Below, one piece after another: positions 25,140 to 36,131 of a stretch of 64,000 nucleotides of DNA. The DNA is taken from positions 301,754,001-301,818,000 of the forward strand of contig OZ024742.1 of NCBI GenBank assembly GCA_964016885.1, given 5' to 3'. The notes beneath the pieces are model-generated. The model was given only the letters and a program-made list of their open reading frames with translations, had not been told where the DNA came from and did not search any database. The first letter of the stretch is position 1; each line of letters opens with the position of its first letter. Made by a program: the position numbers and the translations under genes. The DNA is from Eledone cirrhosa. Taxonomy: Eukaryota.

Positions 25140-28100
25140 ATCATCATTTTTTTCATCATCATCATTTTACATCCGCTTTTCCCTGCTTGCAAGGGTGGGA
25201 TGGGTCCTATTCAGTACAGTATCTCTCCACTTGTCATGGTCCTTCGTCATCTCTACCATGAGCTTCATCGATCTGAGGTCTGCTGTTTACATAGCCAGAA
25301 TTTCCAACTGCTGTTTACATAGCCAGAATTTATTCTCCAGCTCCTCTACTGATTCTGCTATAAGAACCAGATCATCAGCATAGAGAAGTTCCCATGGACA
25401 GCCAGTCTTAAACTGGACTATAATGAACAAGAGTGAAGCCTGACGTACTCCTACTTGTATCTGTAATTCCTCACTAAACTCCATTCCTACCCTGACTTTA
25501 CTGACAGCACCTCTGTACAAAGCTTGCACTGTCCTCGCAAGCCATTCCTCAACACCCAGCTTCCTTAGGGACCACCAGATGACAGATCGGAGTATCGTAT
25601 CAAAGGCCTTCTCTAGATCAACAAAAGCTAAGTATAGTAGCTTATTCTACTCTAAGAACCTCTCTAAGAACCCCTCAATAAGAAGAGGGCATCTGTTGTA
25701 TTTTTCCCAAGCACAAAACCAAACTGCATCTCATCTAATTTGACCCTTTCTCTAATTAGTTGCGCTAATATCCTTTCATGACTTTCATGACCTGATCCAT
25801 CAGTTTTATGCCCCTATAATTGCTCCTCTCCAGAGCATCCCCTTTACCTTTGTAGCAATTTATGAGAATACTGCTGCACCAGTCTTTGGGTATGACACCA
25901 CCATATATAGCCTGATTGATGATGCGTGCAACCAGTTTAGTGCCTACATCCCCTGACGCCTTCAGCATCTCAGCAACTATCCCCAACGGTCCAGTGGCCT
26001 TACCATTTTACATTTCTTTAATCACCTCTTGCACTCTATATTCGTCAATCTCAATAGCTGGTCCTGTGGGTATGGTGTGGCGTGCGGTGGCCGGGGGCGG
26101 GACACTCGTTTAGACTGCTTTCCAATCATAGACAGGTCAGGGTTACTGGAGGTGGTTGCCGATTCTCCCATCAAATTTGGCAAATTGTTCGAGGCTGAAC
26201 CTTTGTGTGGCACTTTTATTGAGAGCTCCGGCAAAGAACCATCAAAAGATTTCAAAGATAATGAAGAATTAAGAGGGATTTTGATTACAGGTTTTGACAA
26301 CGGTCTGTTTAAGACTTTAGACCTTGCCAAAATTGGAGTTGATGGAGAGCTGCTTTTGTGAGAATAAGAATTATCAGGCTGTTTGCTTGGAAGTGTTCCA
26401 ACTGAAAGCTGTCTTCTCTCTCTCAATCTCTTCTATTTCACCCAAACAAGCTGTTTTCTCTCAATCTTTTCCCAAACTTAGAACATATTGTCTGTACCAT
26501 CCTTACTCAAACCCTTCATAGTTTCTCTCCACTTTCTTCAATCATACATACTTAGTTTGGCCTCTCAGATTCTGTATTAAACACTTTTGCCATATTCTGC
26601 CCCCCCCCCCCCCAATACCTCTGCAAATGGCTTGTGACCTCCCTGTCGGATCTGCTGGAGGTAATTTCTCTCTCTCCCATTCGTTCTCCACATTCATCAG
26701 TCTCTCATAATGATACTTCCAGGCCTCCTTTTTCTGATCATTCGTGACACTAAGTACACCAGCATCATTCCGGACACATTTATCTCCAACAACATCCTGA
26801 TGTGCACTGACACACTGCCTTGCAATGTGGAACACCACATGTCTCTGATCTTCCCGTCGCAGAACATTGGCAAACCTCCTATTCTCCGCCTCTCTGCGTG
26901 CTAAGTACACCTGATGTCTAGCTTCTCTCTTAGCGACTGTATATCCTTCTCTACTCCCACCATTTTTCCAAGCATTCCATGCTAGTATTTTGTCTGTAAT
27001 GGCCCTATCTACCGTGCTGTTCCACCACCAGGTCACTCTCTGTCTGGTTGAAGCACTGCTCCAGCCATAAGTTTCTTCAGTAGCCTGCAGTAAGTTGTCA
27101 CGTAAGAAATTCCTGTTACATCTATGTCATACAACTCTAAATCGTCTTCTTTTTCATCATACACATCTTGAAAGGCTTTCCTAAATTTGTATTTAGTGAA
27201 AGGTCTTTTAACTTCCAGACCTTTCTTCTCCACACCTTCCTGTATGTCTCATTCTGTCTCTTGCTTACTGCGATATCACTAACGACTAACCTATGCTGTG
27301 GGGTACATTCTTCCCCAGGGTATGCCTTAGTATTTGACACCATCTGTCTGTCCTGCTGCCTTAACTAGCAAGAAGTCAATCTGACTTATGTGCTCGCCTG
27401 ATTTGTAGGTTATTAGGTGGTTGGCAGATTTCTGGAAGTTAGTGTTGCAAATGGTTAGTGCACTTACATCACAAAATTCAAGAAGTCTCACTCCTTCTTC
27501 ATTTCTTGAGCCGTAACCATGCTCACCATGTACCCCAGTGTAACCATCCTGGAGCTGTCCAACATGGCCATTGAAGTCCCCTGCTAGCATAATGATGTCT
27601 CCGTCCTCTGTCATTGCAGCTGTTTGTAAAAGTTGCTTGTAAAAGCAGTCTTTCTTTTCTTTACCTAGGCCTGCCTGGGGAGCATAAGCAGAGATGATTG
27701 TCAGTAGTCTCTTGCCTACAACTAATCTAAGCTTAATTATTCTATTACTAACTCAAACTACCTCTATTGTCTTATCGATCCATCTCTCAGCCAGGAAAAT
27801 GCCTACTCCCCTTAACCCATCATCATTACCCACCTAGAAAAGCTTATAAGTAAAATGTTTGACTGTGATTAGTCTTGCAAAGGCACCTCTCCATCTCACC
27901 TCTTGCACACAGCACACATCCACATGCCTTCTCTCCAGCATCTCCACTATTTCACCAGATCTACGTGTGAGAGTGCCAACATTAAGTGTTGCAACTCTGA
28001 GATGCGACGTCTTCATATTCTTGTTCCTTTTCCTGTTCCTGTAGTGCGATTGCTTGATGATGGTCGGGGGGTTCTCACACATGGCCTCACCAGCCACCCA

Positions 28101-28400
28101 ACTACCGTGCGCAGCCCTAACATGGTTACTGCTGTTGTTGCAGTTGTTGCAATTCTCAATTGTTGTGCTCATAGTTTTTGGCAGTAGTATATATACTGGT
28201 TGGATGACCTTCCTAACACCAGCACCACTTTACAGGATGGACTGGGTGCTTTTATTCATGTCACCAGCACTAGAGAGATCGTCTTACTGGACTCAGGGGC
28301 CCTAACCACCCCTCCATTTTTACAGCATGGACTGGGTGCTTTTATTTGAGCCACCAGCACCAGGGAAATTGTCTTACTGGACTTAGGGGAATTCTCTACC
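25140..28400 (-). mobile_element. RTE LINE, 5'-complete but decayed, with 3' internal deletion and a foreign insert at about 26066-26640
   Basis: APE motifs (LNVGTL, CVQEVRW, GDFNGHVG, QIDF), RT motifs (NYRGIKL, LLYADDLVL), (TGA)n tail. Confidence 0.93.
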
Positions 28401-28413
28401 CCTCACCAATTTA

Positions 28414-28582
28414 CATACATAAACACATACATATGTACATACATACATACACACAAACACACACACATGTATACATACAAACACACACATACATACATGC
28501 ATACATACACACATAGATACATACAAACACACACACATACATACATACACATACATACATACATACAAATATACATACATAA
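28414..28582. repeat. (CATA/CA)n microsatellite
   Basis: Direct reading. Confidence 0.9.
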
Positions 28583-28859
28583 GTAAGTTCATATACAATG
28601 GTTGGCTGAAAAGTTCATAGGCTGACTATGACGGAGTGATGCTAGAGCTGTGAAATCTTGCATGCATTAGTTTCAACTCTTCTTATTAATAACTGCATTG
28701 TTTCTTTCAAGGGTCTAAGTTGAAAAATAAACCTCATTTGGTCATTCCATGATAGTATCTTGGTCAGCATATTAACTTTTAAGCCAGCTCTTGTATACAT
28801 ACATAAGTATATATAACATATATACATACATACGTACATACATGTATGTGTGTATATAT

Positions 28860-29185
28860 GGTCCCGTAACTCCTGATAGAGTTGTAGGGGCACCGTATGG
28901 CGTTTCTTGGGCATTTTAAGCCTGGTGGAGCCCATTCCTCTCCAGGCCTGAGTACAGCAGATTTCTTCCAGAGAAAGATAGAAAGTGAGAGAGAGAGAGG
29001 AAAATAGAAAGAGATACAGAGGAGCAATCAACCCCAGTACTAGATTGGTACTTTTTTTATCGACATCAAAAAGATGAAAGGAAAAGTTGACCTCGACGGG
29101 ATTTGAACTCAGAGAGCAGAGAGCTGGAATGAATACCATAAAGCATTCTATCTGTCATTCTAACGACTCTGTCAATTTGCCGCCT
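28860..29185 (-). mobile_element. SINE variant: family A-like head/body with a different tail (also about 3170-3510, 29710-29950, 43370-43615)
   Basis: Shared GAAGAAATCT(A/G)CTG..TCAG(A/G)CCTGGAGAGGAA...CAGGAGTTACGG tail in four copies. Confidence 0.65.
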
Positions 29186-30020
29186 ACATACGGCCAAGTC
29201 TGCAGTGTGAAAATACTTTTCTCCTTCTTTCCTACTTGTCTCGGAGGCCTCAAAAAGGGACATGGGCACTGTCCTTTCCTACCACCCGTCACAGAGGCCC
29301 TAGAAAGCATTATAGACACTGACCTTCCCTCCCTCCCACCTGTCTCAGAAGCCCTAAAAAGTGTCATGGACACAGCCCTCCCATCCCACCCTCACAGTAG
29401 TTTTGAAAACCCTAAAAAGTGTCATGGACACTGCTTTTCCCACTAGCCTTGGAAACCCTAAAAAGTGTCATGGACACTGCCCATATCTCCTTATCACCCA
29501 GCACCAGTCTTTGAGGCCTTAAAACAGGTTATGAGCACTGTTCTTCTCTCTCTGACATGAGACAAAAAAAAATGATATGGCCGTCTAACAAGTTAGTAAT
29601 ACATGACCAATGGTTAAGAAGTTCATTCACAATCATTAGGTTGTGAGATCAATCCCACTGTGTGACAAGTGTCATTTACCATAGACATGGGTTTGTGAAG
29701 GAAATTGGGTATTTGCCTTTCATCCATTCAAGGTCAATAAAAAAAGTATCAGTCTAGTACTGGAGTCGATTCTTCCTCTACATCTCTTTCTCACTTCCAC
29801 TATCTCACTCTTTCTATCCTTCTCTGGAAGAAATCTACTGTATTCAGACCTGGAGAGGAAATGGGCTCCGCCAGGTTATAAAAATGCCCCAGAAATGCCA
29901 TATGTTAACACGGCACCACAACTTCTCCCCCAGGAGTTACGGAGCCATGTATGCACAGAAACTGTTTGGTAGTCAATTGGATAGACTGTATCTGTAATTC
30001 AAAGAGCCAGCTTTGACACA

Positions 30021-31814
30021 CTGTTATGCTGAATCTCCCTGAGAATTACATTAAGTGTACATGTGTCTATGGAATGCTCAGCCACTTACTTGTTAATTTC
30101 ATGAGCAGGCATGTATGTCACTGTTATGCTGAATCTCCCTGAGAATTACATTAAGTGTACATGTGTCTATGGAATGCTCAGCCACTTACTTGTTAATTTC
30201 ATGAGCAGGCATGTATGTCACTGTTATGCTGAATCTTCCTGAGAATTACATTAAGTGTACATGTGTCTATGGAATGCTCAGCCACTTACTTGTTAATTTC
30301 ATGAGCAGGCATGTATGTCACTGTTATGCTGAATCTCCCTGAGAATTACATTAAGTGTACATGTGTCTATGGAATGCTCAGCCACTTACTTGTTAATTTC
30401 ATGAGCAGGCATGTATGTCACTGTTATGCTGAATCTTCCTGAGAATTACATTAAGTGTACATGTGTCTATGGAATGCTCAGCCACTTACTTGTTAATTTC
30501 ATGAGCAGGCATGTATGTCACTGTTATGCTGAATCTTCCTGAGAATTACATTAAGTGTACATGTGTCTATGGAATGCTCAGCCACTTACTTGTTAATTTC
30601 ATGAGCAGGCATGTATGTCACTGTTATGCTGAATCTCCCTGAGAATTACATTAAGTGTACATGTGTCTATGGAATGCTCAGCCACTTACTTGTTAATTTC
30701 ATGAGCAGGCATGTATGTCACTGTTATGCTGAATCTTCCTGAGAATTACATTAAGTGTACATGTGTCTATGGAATGCTCAGCCACTTACTTGTTAATTTC
30801 ATGAGCAGGCATGTATGTCACTGTTATGCTGAATCTCCCTGAGAATTACATTAAGTGTACATGTGTCTATGGAATGCTCAGCCACTTACTTGTTAATTTC
30901 ATGAGCAGGCATGTATGTCACTGTTATGCTGAATCTTCCTGAGAATTACATTAAGTGTACATGTGTCTATGGAATGCTCAGCCACTTACTTGTTAATTTC
31001 ATGAGCAGGCATGTATGTCACTGTTATGCTGAATCTCCCTGAGAATTACATTAAGTGTACATGTGTCTATGGAATGCTCAGCCACTTACTTGTTAATTTC
31101 ATGAGCAGGCATGTATGTCACTGTTATGCTGAATCTTCCTGAGAATTACATTATGTGTACATGTGTCTATGGAATGCTCAGCCACTTACTTGTTAATTTC
31201 ATGAGCAGGCATGTATGTCACTGTTATGCTGAATCTTCCTGAGAATTACATTAAGTGTACATGTGTCTATGGAATGCTCAGCCACTTACTTGTTAATTTC
31301 ATGAGCAGGCATGTATGTCACTGTTATGCTGAATCTTCCTGAGAATTACATTAAGTGTACATGTGTCTATGGAATGCTCAGCCACTTACTTGTTAATTTC
31401 ATGAGCAGGCATGTATGTCACTGTTATGCTGAATCTTCCTGAGAATTACATTAAGTGTACATGTGTCTATGGAATGCTCAGCCACTTACTTGTTAATTTC
31501 ATGAGCAGGCATGTATGTCACTGTTATGCTGAATCTCCCTGAGAATTACATTAAGTGTACATGTGTCTATGGAATGCTCAGCCACTTACTTGTTAATTTC
31601 ATGAGCAGGCATGTATGTCACTGTTATGCTGAATCTTCCTGAGAATTACATTAAGTGTACATGTGTCTATGGAATGCTCAGCCACTTACTTGTTAATTTC
31701 ATGAGCAGGCATGTATGTCACTGTTATGCTGAATCTCCCTGAGAATTACATTAAGTGTACATGTGTCTATGGAATGCTCAGCCACTTACTTGTTAATTTC
31801 ATGAGCAGGCATGT
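30021..31814 (+). repeat. Tandem array, 100-bp unit x about 18 copies, SINE-derived
   Basis: Unit CTGTTATGCTGAATCT(C/T)CCTGAGAATTAC...GAGCAGGCATGTATGTCA starts at 30021, 30121 ... 31721. Confidence 0.98.
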
Positions 31815-32169
31815 CTGCTGATTAAACAACTGGACCACTCAAATAATACAAATATATATTATGGTATCTATTTCTTTATCATTCATGCAATCAACTTTGG
31901 TTATTGGAAACACACACATACACATACATAAACACACATACACACATAAATACACACACACATATACATTGTAACTAACTTGTTAGACTGATTGTAACTG
32001 TTAACAACTTCATGCTCCAGTGAATAGTTTTAAATTATTTTTCGTAGGATTACCTACTTAAGTTATGTAAGGAGACACATCACATGTTGCTGACATTAAA
32101 AGATATGAATGACAAAGGAGAATACCAACAGCGTCATGTAATGAGATAGTAGTCAAATCTCCCTCAAAT

Positions 32170-32760
32170 CACATCTTTCTTCTTCTTCTTCTACCACATA
32201 TTCCTGAGAGGGTCGTGGGGGAAGAGTCCTCCTCAAAACACTCCTTCCAGCGGGTCATGTCAGAAGCAACCATCTCCTGCTGATCCGGCTGGATCCCCCA
32301 AGCAAGACCAGCCAAGCTCATGGATGTTATCCAACCATCAAGCCCGGGGTCAACCCTAGGTCTCCTGTCAGTTGGTTTTGCCCGTAAAATCTGTCCAGTA
32401 ATTCTTTCCTGAGACATTCTAACCACATGCCCATAGTATTGGAGCTGTGATTTCTCAATTCAGAGAAGTAGCGGCTCTACCAGGAGTGACTCTTTGATCT
32501 CTGAGCTACACACTCTATCGAGTAACATTACTCCAAAGACCCTTCGGAGGAACCTCATTTTGGCCAATTGTATTCACAATCATATTCTTTCAGTCATTAC
32601 CCAAGATTGATGACCATAGGTAAGGGTTAGCACGATTACCTAATTGAAGATAGCAAGTTTGGCTTTTACACCTACCTCCCTTCTTCTGATTACTGAATGC
32701 TGAAGCTGGTGTATTACTGCACCAGCTCCTACAATTCTTGTGCTTAATTCACAACCTACT
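32170..32760 (-). mobile_element. RTE-clade LINE 3' fragment with (GAA)n tail
   Basis: HVVRMSQER...RPR...W motif. Homologous to 41267-41670 and 57350-57680. Confidence 0.8.
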
Positions 32761-32869
32761 GTTTAAAAAAAAGATGGGATGGGATGGTCATAGCCAGATT
32801 ACCAAAATTATCAAAGTATCTGATAAAATGTCTATGATATTTGGTTATGAATCTATGTATTTTGTATGT

Positions 32870-33190
32870 GAAGGTACATGGTTTAGTGGTTATGGTAGTC
32901 AGCTCTTGATTGTAAGGTTATGAGTTAGATTCACAGTGAAGAGTTGTTTCCTTGATCAAGTCACTTTATTTCACAGTGCTTCAGTCAACTCAGTGGGCAA
33001 AAATGAGTTCTACCTGTAATTTGAAGGACCAGCTTTGTCACATTCTATGTCACGCTGAATTTCCCCGAGAACTACGTTAAAGGTACACATGTCTGTGGAA
33101 TGCTCAGCAACTTGTATGTTAATTTCTCGAGCAGGCTGTTCCGTTGATTGATTCAGCTGAAACACTCGTTGTAACCAATGGAGTGTTAAT
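32870..33190 (+). mobile_element. CORE-like SINE carrying the segment amplified in the 100-bp array
   Basis: tRNA head, CTTGATCAAGTCACTTT, then GCTGAATTTCCCCGAGAACTACGTTAA...GAGCAGGC. Relatives at 44625-44915 and 52920-53120. Confidence 0.75.
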
Positions 33191-33375
33191 ATAGTGTATC
33201 ATCATCATCATCATCACCATTTTACGTCTGTTCTTCCACGCTAGCATGGGTTAGACGGGTTGTCCTGTTGTGGGGAGTGGCCGGTCAGCTGACCATGCCT
33301 TGCTCATACGGGAACTGATTCTGGCTTGATTTCTACAGCTGGATGCCCTTCCTAACACCAACCTGTGTATATGTA

Positions 33376-33420
<45 letters not shown>

Positions 33421-33599
33421 TTATAAGTCGTTTGGAAGCCTCGACAATGCAAATGGGTAAATCTCCGGGTAACAAGGTCCGGTGGTGGAGAGAGAGATAT
33501 GTAAGTGGGTGTACGTTGAGATGCGTGGTGTGTATAAGATGTGTGAGATGTGTAGAATGAAGGGAAGAGTAAAAGAATAAAAATAATAATAACAACACA

Positions 33600-34584
33600 A
33601 GAGAGAGAGAGTTACCTTGGGAGAGATTTAATAGTCCCTATATATTTCGGATTCACATCCATCAACTGGGTTTTTTTTCCGGGGTGGGGGAAAAGGTTGT
33701 CTGTCGGACAATTCGGAACGCGTCTTTCGCTGTTTGTTGATTTGAATATCTGAGGTATTCGGCCGAGCGCGCGTGCGCGTGAAATGGGGTCGGTCGTACA
33801 GAGGTCAGCGGCCGAATGAGGGAGTGGGATGGCGCTAGCTGTCAGTCCATTCGCTGCCTGTTTGTTAAATGTTACTGTGTGTGTGTGCGTGTGTTGTTGT
33901 TTCGCTTGAGTGTGTGTGTGTGTGTGCGTGTGTTGTTGCCTTGTTCATCTGTATTGGCAGTGTAGTATGTTCGTATGGTGGAATGCTACTGTGTGTGTGT
34001 AGTTGTCTCGTTTGCGTGTGCGTGTGTTGTGTGTTGTTGCATCGCTTGTTAACTTAAACCAGCCATTTCATTTCGCTTCTCTCTAATCGGTTGTTTATTT
34101 GCGGTTGCAGCTGTTTGATAAGAAGCGCTTCCTTAATACGTAACGTGCCGACGTTTCTTTCAGTCGCTAGAATTGTGACAATGGGCCTTCCGTTTTTGTT
34201 TCCGAATTTGTCTGTGTGTTTCCGGAAAGACGAGGCCCTGGTTTTAATGTGTTCCTTGATCCGGATGTGCAAAGGTCGAATTGTGCTACCTATGTAGTAT
34301 TGGTTGCACCTGTCACATTCTATCTTATACACAACGTATGTGCGTAGGCAACAGTTAGCATGGCGTATCGGGCAGTCTCTGAGGGAGCATGCGTCAGTAG
34401 ATGCCTCTCCAGGAAACCAGAAAAATCTACTGACGCATGCTCCCTCAGAGACTGCCCGATACGCCATGCTAACTGTTGCCTACGCACATACGTAGTGTAT
34501 AAGATAGAATGTGACAGGTGCAACCAATACTACATAGGTAGCACAATTCGACCTTTGCACATCCGGATCAAGGAACACATTAAA
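33600..34584 (-). mobile_element. Penelope-like element 3' fragment (GIY-YIG) with fold-back inversion
   Basis: ORF 34054..34467 VVYKIECDRCNQYYIGSTIRPLHIRIKEH...LRIKEALLI..QPQIN. 160-bp inverted duplication. Confidence 0.88.
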
Positions 34585-36060
34585 TATTCAATATCTTGAT
34601 TGAGATATACGTAGGATAAATTTCTATACTAAATATAAAAAACATATTATTTTAACTTAAGATACCCTATAGTGTTTTAAAGATATTTAATGCTTTGATA
34701 TTTCTAGATTTCTTTTGTCTATACTGATATAGCTGCATTTCCAAAATATACTCCTTTGGTATTTTAAATTTATTTTGTTATGGTTATGTTTATAATCCTT
34801 TAGTAAAATATTGATATTTGATTATCTCTATGCAAATGCATATGTGTATATTAACATGCATAAAAAGTGTTATAGATTTTTTTTGTGTCTATATATGTCT
34901 GTATATATACATGAGTGATGCGTGACGACGCACGCAAATATTTATTTATACATATGTATGTGTATATATGTATGTGTATATATCTATGTGGTTGGGAGGT
35001 ATGTTGCAGATATGCATAATATTAAACACATGAATGGTAATCGTATATATGAGGACATGAATGTTAATCGTATATATTTGTATATATATACTGTGAAATG
35101 TTTATAACACAAAGAATGTATAGCAGTGATTAAGAGAAATCATTTACGTTTTGTATGGCTATATTGTTGGCTTGAGAAAACATAATTTCTATTTTCAGAA
35201 CGTGCGTATCTATATGTATATATATATACATATATATCTGTATGTCTTTCCATAAAATACTGATCTCTATAGCAAGGGTACATTTTGAACTCAGATTTTG
35301 ATATATTGATCTCAAGTTTCTAAACTAAACATATAGTCATTATTGAACAATGTTTAATTTCTCATATTATATATCTATGTCCCATTCATGAATATTGATA
35401 CTTATATTTTTATTATGCATTTCATATAAATTGTTAACTCAACTTAATATGACATGACGTAAAGTTTTCATTGCCCCCCCCCCCCCCCCCCATCTCTATA
35501 TAGTATTTCTCTCTCTTGAGTTTTTCTCTCTGTCTGATGACTTGATATCTCTCTGTTGCTTTCCTTTGTTTTTCTTATTTTTTCCCTTTCTTTCTTTTTT
35601 ATTTTTTATTTTTTATTTCCTCCTATCTTTATTTATCTCTCTCTTTTCTCCATATATTTCTCTCTCTCTCCGATATTTCTCCAGGTTTTCTTTCTTTCTC
35701 TCTCTCCGTCTTTTTTCTTTTTCTTTATCTCCGTCTTTTTCTAATTGTGCTTAACACTATGACTTATTAAAACAATATAAACAATTCACTATCCAGACAG
35801 CCTCCAAAAGTAATGGTTGTATTTTAAAAGGGTACGTCAAAGCTATTTGTAAAACTGTTATATATTGTATTTTGTCTGATGAAGGCATACCATAATTTAA
35901 TATGGTATCCCTGAAATATGTATAATGAAATAAATATGGTGTTATAAATATAGTTTACATTTATTAATATCGTATATCTACTCCAAAAACTTGTCGAGTG
36001 CTTTATATCAGTTATAAAAATATTTACTTGTTGTATCCCAACAACTTTAAATAGAACTTT

Positions 36061-36130
<70 letters not shown>

Positions 36131-36131
<1 letters not shown>

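Noticed and set aside
30021-31814. CRISPR-like array
   Set aside because: Contiguous 100-bp units with no unique spacers, no cas genes, eukaryotic context, and the unit is SINE-derived.
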